A DNA stretch of 61,902 nt, the filler included, from Platydemus manokwari (Eukaryota): the NCBI GenBank assembly GCA_037951405.1. It is 6 parts of 6 records of this genome, joined end to end, with 100 filler letters (N's around TTAATTAATTAA, not from the genome) between each part and the next. Parts side by side here need not be neighbours in the genome. Positions count along the whole stretch, not along the records: positions 31,079 to 42,456 come from JBBMOY010721094.1; positions 42,557 to 51,532 come from JBBMOY011320093.1; positions 51,633 to 61,902 come from JBBMOY011151326.1; 3 more parts are not named here. One strand, given 5' to 3'. Within the stretch, counting starts at the first letter, position 1. Each line of letters opens with the position of its first letter. Shown one piece after another: positions 40,008 through 51,806 of the stretch. The notes beneath the pieces are model-generated. The model saw only the letters and a program-made list of their open reading frames with translations. It did no database searches and was not told where the DNA came from. A program made the position numbers and the translations under genes.

Positions 40008-41828
40008 ATGCCTAAAGTAGCTCAAAAAAGAAAGTGTTCTGATAATATTAGAAATGAAGTTCTTCCTAAAAAGAAAGATAATGCAATGATTGAAGAATTT
40101 GTAAAGGAAAATCTAGCAGAAATTAACAATAATATTGAAATTATTAAGTTAAATGAAAGCATTTTGGATAGTGAAGAAGATGGTGATGACGATGACGGGG
40201 ATTGGGAAGACGTTTCTGATATTGATGATAAAATGGATAATATAATTGTGAATATTAACGATGAAGAGCCTGATTCTTCGTCGGAGATAAAAGATAAAAA
40301 ACGTGAGGAACAGAAACAAGTTAGAGAGAAACGTGAATTTATCCATAGGACAACTTTGATGGCATTAATAGGTCGAGTGTTATTTATTAATAGATTATGC
40401 AATGATGAATTGATAAGAAATTTGGGATTATCTTGTTTATCTACTGTTGAAATGAAGGAAGTTAATAATAATAATTTGAATGAAAAGAGATTACGTAACA
40501 TAATTCATCAATTGAGAGAACAATTCCACATCGATGATAATGAAGATGAGTGTGGGCATGTCAAATCTATTCTTGAACATTCATTCCACACGAAAAATGT
40601 TTCTTCGGCGTGGATTAATATTATTTTGGCAATCATACTGCGCAGTGCGGGCTTCGAAACTAGATTAATCGCTGCTATTTATCCCGGACCTTTGAAGGGC
40701 TCCGTGCCAGCCTCAATGATGACTCAGGGGGGTTTATGTCCGCCAACATTTCATAAACCTTCCACACGCGGTAAATCAAAAAAGACCAAAGAAGTGAAAA
40801 AGGTTCTTCCATCCAACACCAATCTGAAAGCGAGCTCGATCATCTTCACCATGGAAGCATTGTGCAATGAAAAATGGATCCCAATAAATAGTCGCTATGA
40901 TAACAGTTGGAACAATCTATCAGACATCATTCGAGATCATCCTCGGTTTTTGTATTGTTTGGCCATCGATAGTCACAACCATATTAAGAATGTCGCACCG
41001 AAATACGATTCAACATGGGCCACGACATCGAGACGACAGAGATTATCGGAATCGTTATTTGGAAGAATAATTCATCGATTTGGCTCTACATCTCAATCAA
41101 TTGCAGACCGTCATGAGGATGTCACCATCCGAGAACGATTGATAGCTCAAGGAATTCCATCGACTCTGGCCGATATAAAAGGACATCCGATGTTCGTCCT
41201 GGAGAGCCATTTGTTGAAATATGAAGTCCTTTATCCCGACAATGTGGCCCCGTTCGGTTGGTTTCGTAAAGAAGCTGTGTTTTTGCGGGACAATGTGCGT
41301 TTAGCTCATACCAAGGAGACCTGGTTGAAGGAGGCCATGGTTAGGTTTGACATTGTTTGTATGGAATGATATCTTATAATTCGAGCCTGTGTTTATAAAC
41401 CCTTCATTATGATTGGTGGATGTATATCCCTTGTGATTGGTGGATGTATATCCCTTGTGATTGGTGGATGTATATCCCTTGTGATTGGTGGATGTATATC
41501 CCGCTTGCTATCCATCAATGATTTAACATCTTATCGTTTTCTTCAGCTTCTTTTTTATCTCGTTTATCTCGAGAAATAACGCTTTTCTTTTTAAAGGCCA
41601 TCAAAGCTGGAGAAAAACCTTGTAAGCGAGTTAAAACTCTGTCATCCAAGAGAAAAAATCTCGAAAAAGGCAGTGATCCGTTTGTTGATCTATTTGGCCC
41701 GTGGCAAGTCGAGAATTATAAACCTCCATTAGCTCAGGATGGATTTGTTCCCAGGAATGAATTTGGCAATGTCGATCTGTTTCAATCATCTATGTTGCCA
41801 GCTGGCTGCACACATTTGCATCTGGAAG
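40008..41828 (+). CDS. XPC: XPC/Rad4 nucleotide-excision-repair damage sensor, 5' part (3' exons missing from this contig)
   Basis: Exon 40008-41339: acidic DWEDV stretch, ILRSAGFETRLI transglutaminase-like region, BHD1 HPMFVLESHLLKYE...EAVFLRDNV...HTKETWLKEA. Exon 41597-41828: DLFGPWQVENYKPP..DG.VPRNEFGNVDLF..SMLP.GC.HL (BHD2/3). Both have GT-AG boundaries. Confidence 0.95.
41410..41502. repeat. 24-bp tandem repeat in XPC intron
   Basis: GATTGGTGGATGTATATCCCTTGT, about 3.8 identical copies. Confidence 0.95.
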
Positions 41829-42207
41829 GTAATTTATCGGATTGATATCGATTTATTATTAATGGCTCTGTTGGTTTGATGCGGTATTGATTTTTGTGCA
41901 GTGATCGAAAAAATATTTACAATGATTGAATATGATTGTTTAGCTGAATGTTATATTACTGATAAATATCAATAATAAATATTGATTGATTTATAAATAA
42001 GTGAATCGGACAGCAGAATATCTGTGATATGTTATTATTATTATCGATTATATTTTATCAAAACAGTTATTGGAATGATGATGGTGCTTGATGGAATCCA
42101 CCAATCAAATATCGGATTGTTAACAATTTACATGTCTTCTGTCATAAACACGACAATATGAAAGCAAATTAATAATCAATCATTTATTATATCATGTTTC
42201 CAGTTCG

Positions 42208-42456
42208 ATAATTATGTCTTGCCTCGTAGGGGGTTATATGTATATTATGGGGGCTATCACAGGAATAATTATGCCTCATCCAGTAGGGGCTTCTGTCTAT
42301 ACTATGGGGGGGGGCTATCACAGGAATAATTATGCATCATCCAGTAGGGGCTTCTGTCTATACTATGGGAGGGGGGGGCTATCACAGCAATAATTATGCA
42401 TCATCCAGTAGGGACTTCTATCTGTAATATGGGGGGGGCTATCACCGCAATAATTA
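42208..42456. repeat. About 60-bp G-run minisatellite running into the contig end
   Basis: Unit ATAATTATGCATCATCCAGTAGGGGCTTCTGTCTATACTATG(n)CTATCACAGGA; units start at 42208, 42265, 42326, 42390 and 42450. Confidence 0.92.
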
Positions 42457-42556
42457 NNNNNNNNNNNNNNNNNNNNNNNNNNNNNNNNNNNNNNNNNNNN
42501 TTAATTAATTAANNNNNNNNNNNNNNNNNNNNNNNNNNNNNNNNNNNNNNNNNNNN
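42457..42556. other. Assembly spacer
   Basis: 44 N + TTAATTAATTAA + 44 N. Confidence 0.97.
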
Positions 42557-42839
42557 AAAAATAAAAATTAATACAATAAAAATTAATACACATTTGATAC
42601 GTACTGTCATGCACACATTTTTCAATGTAAATCAATTGTTTTAATCAACTAGTTGGGCCAGAACCCCAACAATTCTAATTTCATTATTTTGTTTAGATTA
42701 AATAAAAAAGATAAAGATTTAATATATTTAAATTTATTTAGTAATACAGTAAGTAAACACAACTACTTTCTACAAATATTTTATTATATTTTCAAAATCA
42801 AACCGTTTTCTAATATTAAAAAAATGTCAATTTTTATCT

Positions 42840-43040
42840 AACTTCCTTTTCCCGTTGTTTTTGAGATCCTTTTTAAATACTCAATTATTCGAAGTTGTGG
42901 CTGTCTTTAGAAAACAAGAAGAGCTTAATGTAAACTTAAAAATTTTAAAATTCTGTGAGGACCTTCATAACGATCTCAGTTCTACTTTATCTTATGTGGT
43001 TCTTCCTTCACTTAATCTTTTTCATAAGTCATTTTATTAA
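42840..43040 (-). mobile_element. Decayed Gypsy integrase C-terminus (GPY/F module) with polypurine tract
   Basis: Minus strand reads DRYEGPHRILKFLSLH...RIIEYLKR and ends in the purine run GGGAAAAGGAAG. Confidence 0.6.
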
Positions 43041-43106
43041 AATTTCTGTATTAAATAATTACTCTTTTAATTAAATAAATGTTGTTTTTCTTTGTGATTT
43101 AGGTTG

Positions 43107-45868
43107 AAATGAGCAAATATTAGCCATGAGCCAATGATATTTCACCAACACAAAACGAAAATACGAGCCTACACACCAATGTTCACTGAAGGTATACACA
43201 ACTCATCACGACTACAACAGTCGAAATTTGGAGAAAGTTGTCCAATTACTTTTCGATACAAGTTAAATCTCTCCAAATTGACAAACCTACATTACATAAA
43301 CACTGACACAATAAAAAACCAAGCTAGGGTTGCAATCATCCAAGGCGAAAAACATAGTAAAAATAAAGGCATGACAATACTGCCACCTGCCAACCCGAGA
43401 ACCAATTCCACAATAGAAATACGCAGAATGCTAGCATCAGAGTTAGCAGAAAACATGAAGGATGAAACATTAGATGCGATGTTTAAAAAATACATACACC
43501 ACATTAGGGAACTTAATGCAATGAGAGACGCAAACAACCCCTATCTTGGAAACAATGACTACATAAATTATAGAGTAAAAACTGATATAAGACTTCTATT
43601 TCTTTACAAAAATTCACCAGCAACATTTGAAATTGCGACCAGATGCAGAGAGGCAATTGATGACTCAATAGAGTATGATCCTGATTAGAAAAATTACAAC
43701 TCGAGGAACTTCAATTCGAACTCAATGAATTATAATTTAGGAAAACTCAGACCTAATAATCTTAATAGGGGAGGAGGGGAAATTTTAATTCAAATTATTA
43801 TCCAAATTATCATAATTCAAGAAGAAATATCTATCCAAAGTACTCTGGTAATCCTAAATCTGAAAATCTTAATACCAGTAACCTCGATTCAATAAACTCA
43901 AATTACGAATCAAGAAACTATGATCCTAACTCGAGAAATTTTAACCAAAAAAATGTGATTCAATAAATTACGACTATGACTCAAATGATTACGACTCAAA
44001 TGTATATGGTCCAAGGTACTATGATTTAAAAGACCATGATGGAAGAAACTATAATCATCCAGGTAAATATGACCCAGGTGTTAGTGAGTTGAGAGACTAT
44101 TAGCTAAGAGGACGTGACTCGGGGAACAATAATTCAAGGAACAGTGACCCCATCAACTATGATTCGAAAAAACCACGAATCAAATTATTAAAATTCGAGA
44201 AAGTATGATCCGAAAAATTACGGATTGGGATACTATGATCCAATATGCTATAATTTTAAGAACTTCAATCCAATTTATCTCAATTCTGAAATCAATAATT
44301 TTGAGTACTTTGATGCAAAGAAATTTAAACCAGATAACTCTGATAAGAAGACAAATTTTAATCCAACTAACCCTAATATAGAAAATCTTCTACAAGAGAG
44401 GTCGAATCCAGATAACTGTAACTTTAATTCAAAATTTTACAACTCAAGTTTACGAAGTTTTAACTCTAAACTCGAGAAATATAAATCAAAATACCATAAA
44501 CCAAGAAATCGTAACTTTAACCCAAATAATCCTAATCCAATAACTTTTAGCTCAAACTTTAATCCAAGAAAATTTGATTCGAAATATCCTAATTTTGAAA
44601 ACCCTATAAATTATATTCCAAGTAACCTTAACTCCGGAACTTCTAATCCAAGGAACTTTAACTTGGCTGACTCTAACTCAAAATATCCAAAAGCTCTAAT
44701 ACGGACAATCCCAATTCAGAAAACGCCACATCAAAACAAGACTCAACTCGAAACCTAGAGACGAACTCGAATCATAACTTAAAAACAAACGTTAGTCAGA
44801 ACACCAATCAAAATGATACTCAAAATAATATGAATGCCATTAACCACGTTGTTAACCTTGATGCAGAAGAAAGTGTCTACAATAATAATAACCGAAATGT
44901 CAGCCATATCACCAACAATGGTGACCAAAATGTCACCCAAAAAAACAATACCCGGAATGATGACAAGATGAATAGCCAAAATATTGACCATAAAAGCAAC
45001 ACGAATATTGGCCAAAATTCGTACCAGAAAACCAACCTAGAAGTAGACCTGAGTATAAATATGAACCCCACTCTTCAACCAAATCCCACCATAGACCAGC
45101 TAAAACCTGCCATACTAAGATAATTCAATATCGAATTCACACCGGAAAAGACGTAAGAAAATGCAAACTGTGAAAAAGAAATAATCTGCGGCACCCGAGA
45201 ATCTAAACTGGAATAAAACCACGGAACAGGAGACTGATTCAAACATATATGCCCCATTGATCAGAAAACGACCTCGTCGGACATAGTCGATCTCGATGTG
45301 ACTCCTAAGATAATAATAGAGCACCTCAAAGAAAAATATTTCGAAGAAAAAACACACAAATGGGATCGCCACAAAATGACAAGACAAAAATAAAGATAGA
45401 AAACATTGAACGAATCATCAAATTAGAAACTGATTTCCAGGAAATTAAATCAATGATGCTGAAGACCTTAGACGAAATAAGAGCCTTGAAATCGGATAGT
45501 AACGACCACTCTTCTACAAGTGAAGATGATGAGGAATATGATGATAGCTGTAGGATCACCAGAAGACAAGTTTCCAATACCTCCCCACTGTGTTTCTCCC
45601 CTATAAGTGTATCGTCTACTCTGACTCATATTACAGGCATGAAACGAGCTTGGATGGCCCAATGAAGGAACTCAATAACAATAAACTAATTCTGCGAATA
45701 CCCCAACAAGACTGACGGGGTAACACTGGGGGTGTCGCATGGCTTTCGAATTATGACCCCTCAGTGCCTGATAATCCGCTTTGGTTCTCCGTGGACCAAA
45801 TTGTTAATTTTATTCACAAGAACATTGACAACCATGAAACCTACTACCTGAACTCATATGTTGCTTAA
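43107..45868 (+). pseudogene. Disrupted long ORF: gag-capsid-like domain, Asn-rich pentapeptide repeat, coiled-coil/acidic segment
   Basis: Consecutive plus-strand ORF fragments (43134-43688, 44225-44758, 44830-45123, 45360-45665 and onward) with uniform A/C-rich composition, broken by stops and frameshifts. The gag assignment is inference only. Confidence 0.5.
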
Positions 45869-46053
45869 AGTATGAGAAGGGTGATAGTATGAAGGGTAAT
45901 TTAGAGTTAAACAATTATAGAATAACAAACTTAGTTTATCCTGAAAATGGAACAGATGCTGTTAATATGAATTTCATTAAAACTTATATAGATAAAATTA
46001 GGGGTGAATTAAGGTATGAAATTGATAAAATTAAAAAGAATTTAGAAAAATAA
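45868..46053 (+). other. Fragment with a viral fibre/YadA-neck-like motif (possibly Polinton/Maverick-type)
   Basis: KGDSMKGNLELNNYRITNLVYPENGTDAVNMNFIKTYIDKIRGELRYEIDKIKKNLEK*: GxxMxGxLxxxxxRITNLxxPxxxxDAVN motif followed by a coiled coil. Confidence 0.5.
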
Positions 46054-46270
46054 ATTGTTGAAACTATTAAAAACTTGAGGATTTCTACTTATGTATGAAG
46101 TGCAAGATCTAATTTAATTAAAGAAAACAAAAATTCCATTAATAAACTTGATTCTTTATGTAAATCGATAATTACATTTGTAAGCCGCTACTTTTAAAAA
46201 GAACGCATCGAAAACAAACTGAAAAGACTCGACATTAAATTCTATTCATAAACAATTGTTTAAACAAAAT

Positions 46271-46520
46271 AAATAAAATTTAATATCAAATAAAATTCAA
46301 TTTCAAATAAAATTTAACATCAAATAAAATTTAACATCAAATAAAATTTAACATCAAATAAATTTTAATATCAAATAAAATTTAATATCAAATAAAATTT
46401 AACATCAAATAAAATTTAATATCAAATAAAATTTAACATCAAATAAAATTTAATATCAAATAAAATTTAATATCAAATAAAATTTAACATCAAATAAAAT
46501 CTAATATCAAACTAAATTCA
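46271..46520. repeat. 17-bp AT-rich tandem repeat
   Basis: ATCAAATAAAATTTAA(C/T), about 14 copies. Confidence 0.95.
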
Positions 46521-49500
46521 ATATAAATTCAAATTCAATTTGATATTCTCACAGTGTTGAATATTATCTATGCGGGAATATCCGTTGGTATTTAAAATAG
46601 GATAAAAACTCTGGACAGCCGATTAATTTCTTTGCAACTATTTAGCTTAGTAGTTCGTGTAGCTTTGTCATTGCTGAAGCTAGGGGACTGTGATCTCTTG
46701 TAAGCATTTCTCCTTGAACTGGAGGGATTGTAAGGCTTGTCAACGTTCTGGGAGTGCTAGCAGTAATTTTCTAAGCAGTCCTGCTGTCTTCTTTCCCGAC
46801 TAAGTTTAGGATTTATCATGTAGTTTGTTTAGAAGGTTTTGAATACTTCTTGATGTAGTCTCTCCTGGGAACTAGATCTATATTAGGCTGGTCAGCCTTG
46901 TAAGAATACTCATTACAGTTACCTTTATTTTTAGATGACAAAAGATTCTCTAAAGCAGAGGCCAATTGCAAAAGCATGATGGATTTAATTTTAATTAGCT
47001 TTACGAAAGATCGCAATTGAAACGGTTTCTAAGTTTAATTTTCCCCACGTTTAACTGAATTCAATTAAATTGCGTAATCACCAGTAGATTGAACTACTTC
47101 AAAGTTTCTTGTGGCGGACTCAATTCAAACTAAACTACTAACATATTTAACAATCTCATATTAATTGTTTTTAAATAAATGTAAAAAATAGAGTAATTCT
47201 CAATTTACTTCTGATGACAAAAATGACAAACTTTGACATGTTTATCAAATAATCAATTTTTTGAGTTTTTAAAGCACTAGTATACTTTGTACTTAATTTC
47301 AAACAACTAAAACTCTTCTTTAGTACTTAAATAAAAAAATAGAAATGTTTTAATGAATATAATTAAATAAACTATATAGATTTTTTCAATACATTCAAAA
47401 AATTATAAATTTTTTTAATACCAATTTATTAACTTTAGCCAAAATACCTAAATATGAAAAATATTTGTTTATAAAATAAAACTCAAATATTTAAACAAAA
47501 AAGATATCATACTAAAAAATAGCCATGGAAAACAAATTTGAATATTTTCTGTCTTTTCACTTCTGTATATTTGTTAAGTCATTCTCCTGAGAATTATTCA
47601 TATTTCAAACAAACAAGATTATGGTTATTGTTGATAGGATGTCGATAGGAACGATCTTCCATATTAAGCACATAATATTGTGACAGAATATTTTAAAAAA
47701 CCGCTTGATCAAGATCCTGTAATCGGAAAAGTATTAATATTTAAATATAAAACAAATAATTGATATTGTTATTTTATTATCTACAAAATATGTAAAACAG
47801 AAATTTAATATTTCGTAATCAGACTAATGAAGAAAATGAAAATATTTTTTTGCCTTTAAACTTCTATCAGAATCCAAAATTAAATTATCTCCAATTAGAG
47901 TATGACTTTGACATAAACTAATTTTCAAAATGCCAACACCAGTTGAATTCATAAATCAAATAAGATATTGATTAATTGTCCATTTTAATTAAAAAAAATT
48001 TCATAAAAAACAAATATTAATTGAATAAAGTAAAAATTATTATACTTTCCAAAACTGCTTAATTAAAAGCCTTTCTAAATTACTTTGATCAAATCTTCAC
48101 TATTCGAATATCATAAATTTTTATTTAATCAATTTACTATGTAGATGCCAAATAAAAATAAATTAAATTGAAACTACGACATCCTTCGTTTATTATCAAT
48201 GCAAAATAACTTCCTTACCTCACAATATGTAAATTTAATCGAATCATCAATTTTGTCTTGTTAAAATGTTAGGATCCAAATATGAATTCGATTTAAATAT
48301 TTTCAGAATATTGTTGGGAAATTGAAATCTTTATTCCGGTATATTCTTTAATGTTAATATTTCGTTTGAAATTATTATTGATTGAGATTGAATAAATATA
48401 TAGTTCTTTTTATATCCTAAATGTGAATACATGCTGTCAACTTTTTATTTTTATTTTTATTTTCTCATCATTTAGATGACGTTGAATATTTGAAAAACTA
48501 GTTGTAGACATTAATTTGATATAAGAACCCACTTGTATTTGAGTATGGCTTTTTATGTTATCTGGCAATATAATGCTCCCACAAGTAACAGACAGTAAGA
48601 ATGTAATGCTAACACTACAACGATTAAAACTTAAAAAGCATAAAACACTAAATCATTCAACACCATAGTTATAAGATTTAAACAATATATCAACCTTCGT
48701 GTCGTAAAAGTAGACATAATGTTCTTGACAAAAAAAATTATTCTAATTGATGATATTTTGACATATCACTTTAGAACATTCGCGGAACATTAAAATTCAG
48801 AGTAGTTGCATGAAATATCAAAAACTGTTGATCATTAAATTAACTGAGATATGATAAAGTGATCTAATAAACCATCGCTAAAAATCCTTAAAAATGACTA
48901 TAAATGGTTTACATTTAATATATTAAACTTTGAAATGATATAAAACTTAAAAGTTAAATGTAGACAAGGTAAAATGAAATTATGTTAATCACTTAAGTTA
49001 TTATTATTTAACAATATTATATTATTAGCAGCAGGGAAATAGTACTTACGAATTGTGTAGTTAATAATAAAGGTAAATGAAATTATCGTAATTGTAAATA
49101 TTTATTTTGTGAAAAGGTATATTTAAGAGGTATAAGCAGAGTAGTTATCAATACCAGTAAATGACAACATACCCTGCAAATCAAAAAAAGTTTTTCCGAT
49201 ACCCTCAGGTTATCCTCGAGATACTTGATAAAAACAAAAAAAATATAGTAAAATATGATTTTGATGAAAAAGTTGGAAAATAATATTAATTTTATTTTTA
49301 AAAAATGGATATGAATGGTTTTGACATCAATTAAAGAATAGATGAATTGAGAAAAATCATTTAAAATAAAAATTTATATTCATATGTACCGCACATATAG
49401 CATTTACTACATATTTTTCGGCCGTCCGAGATTTTTTAAAACTTTTCATACATTGTATAAAAAAGTTTGAGCTTCGATTCCCATGAGCTCCACATCCTTT

Positions 49501-49904
49501 CAAATATCTTAAAATATGGTTTTTATTAATATTTTGTTTTGACTTGATAGAAAATGGAATATTCTGTTCAAATCTGTTATCAAAATTAAAATCGAATAAA
49601 TATTTGAAAAGATATACAAGTTTAAATTTGTCCAGAAACAGCCGATTGGTTAACGTGTAAATATGTTTGTGTTAACATATGTTCCTAATTTTATACATTT
49701 AAAATCCACAGAGTTTCGAAACTAAAGGAATACATGATCAATTTAACATTGTTAAATAATTTATCATTTTTTAGAAATTAAAATAAAACTTATGTTTCAA
49801 AGGATTTTAATTAATTGTACATATATTGTTAACTTTAAAAGATTTGGCAATAAGTCTAATGTTATAAATTCATAATAAATTGAAAATGATAGGCCGAAAT
49901 TGTG

Positions 49905-50858
49905 ATCTCAACACCACTCTTCTATGGATCTCAGACAAGTTAAACACTGATAACCCAGCTCATCCTCAATATGGTGTACCAAAACAAGATTTTCAATTAG
50001 GAAGCCAATGAAAAGCTGCCGTCTCTCACCTGAACCATGGATATTCGTCCACCAAGCAAGAAACAACCTCCTCCTGCTCATCAAAATGGGAGAGAAACCG
50101 ATGCCCACATCTTTATGCCCTGCAGTACCAGGATTTGCAACAAAAAGACATGCTGTAATTCTTGACAACCTCGGACATTATCTCAGATCGTTAGGCTATG
50201 ACACGGACATCGACACAACTCCACCGGAAGTCCACACAAGACTCAGACTTTACCTAATTATTAGGAACAAGGCAAAACGTCATGCCTTTATCGTGGATCT
50301 GAAAATTCCATTCGATATCGCTGACAATTTCGAGAAGCACAGATTACTAAACTTCGAGAAATACAAGTCAATCTCCTCCGATATCAGAACCAAAACTCGC
50401 TATGAAACCAACTTAGACATAATTTGCCTTGGAGTGCTCGGATCTTGGGACCCAAAGAACAATGAAGTTCTCTCAAACATCGGCCTCGACAATCCCAAAT
50501 CACATTCATCGCTGGATTCCTGATAAGCTCATTACTTAAAGACGCCTTTGCCACCTACAAGGCTCACACGGATATGCGAAACCCTAAGCACCCATCATGG
50601 AACAAGGCCATCAAACAATTCACTGTACGTAGTAATGATTTGAAAGAGAATCGTCAAGAACCATAAGGTGCCTGACTAGGAAACCTTCTCAAGGAAATAT
50701 CCGAAGACTTCGGAAATGTATATATTATAAAAATGATGTGAGGACTTGTGCCACCGCATCGCCAAGATTGGTACGTTTATGTGAAATAAATTTTAGTTTT
50801 TTTTTGTGTAACTAACATTGCACATTTTTCAGACTTCGGTGAATAAAATAAATAATAC
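49905..50858 (+). mobile_element. 5'-truncated non-LTR retrotransposon with restriction-like endonuclease (R2/NeSL-type), decayed
   Basis: FVHQARNNLL, KRHAVIL, eroded RPDL (now RLYL), IVDLKIPFD, EKY and LGVLGSWDP motifs, then a 3' UTR ending in an AATAAA-rich tail. Confidence 0.85.
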
Positions 50859-50889
50859 TTTTAAGGTTTAAATTGGTTCTACTATACAC

Positions 50890-51450
50890 ATAATAAATGA
50901 AGGTATCAAAAAATACCCGAATTAAGTTGAAACAATTAAAAAACTTTGAAAGACCAAAATACATAGAAAATTTAAGAAGCTTCTTACGAATTTGAAGTTA
51001 CTGTAGGAGATTCATACCTGACTATTCCAAAAGATCCAGGGCTTTAGAAAAATTATGTGGGAAGGGTATCAATAAAATAATATGCAGCGAAGCATGTGAT
51101 AAGGTATTCCAATAAATTTAAAAAAACCTTGTCAGGATCACACATGCTGGCATTCTCAGTCATTCTAGACTGCCAAAGTTTTGACATTATAGGAACAGTT
51201 CTATCACATAAAGATGGTCAAGGAATTGTACGAGTAATTGGATACACATTCCATGCAGTGTATATACATAGGAAAGGTTATTACATAACACCGAAAGAAT
51301 TATTTGTCATACATTATATAAAAATTTCAGCCAAAGCTAGGTGGTAAAAGATTCACGCCTTGAACGGATCACAAAGCAGTAACATTCAAACTAAAATCAA
51401 ACAATCCAATAATGACAAAATCTCATACATAGTTGAAATAATTTCAACAT
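50890..51450 (+). mobile_element. Decayed Ty3/Gypsy RT-connection and RNase H fragment
   Basis: Across frameshifts: LRSFL..SYCRRFIPDYSK...LEKL, ILDC..FDIIGTVLS, RVIGY, Y.IT.KEL, GKRFT..TDHKA. Confidence 0.85.
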
Positions 51451-51460
51451 AAAAAATTTA

Positions 51461-51532
51461 TTGGGTGTATAACCTTAAAATTTCGATTTGATAAAAGATG
51501 TCGCTGGGAGTATTGCTTGCATATAATGTCGT
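51461..51532 (+). mobile_element. mariner 5' terminus (same family as 9050-9154), cut by contig end
   Basis: TA followed by TTGGGTGTATAACCTTAAAATTTCG; AGATGTCGCT resembles the mariner 5' UTR motif. Confidence 0.8.
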
Positions 51533-51632
51533 NNNNNNNNNNNNNNNNNNNNNNNNNNNNNNNNNNNNNNNNNNNNTTAATTAATTAANNNNNNNNNNNN
51601 NNNNNNNNNNNNNNNNNNNNNNNNNNNNNNNN
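51533..51632. other. Assembly spacer
   Basis: 44 N + TTAATTAATTAA + 44 N. Confidence 0.97.
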
Positions 51633-51806
51633 ATTCGTTAATTAATATTTTTTATAATGCATATCTGAATGAATATAATTTAAAAATTTTCATAAAAATT
51701 AATGTTTTTAGCAATTTTAAATGATTTTTAAGGTGCGTCTAAAAATTTTAGCCGGACTGTATTATTATTTATATACTAACATAAAATATTTTTTATTTAA
51801 AGCTTA

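Noticed and set aside
40022-40501. 159-aa and 65-aa antisense ORFs
   Set aside because: Shadows of the acidic, AT-rich XPC exon.
41410-41502. CRISPR-like appearance of the 24-bp, 60-bp and 17-bp arrays
   Set aside because: Head-to-tail repeats with no unique spacers, eukaryotic context and no cas genes.
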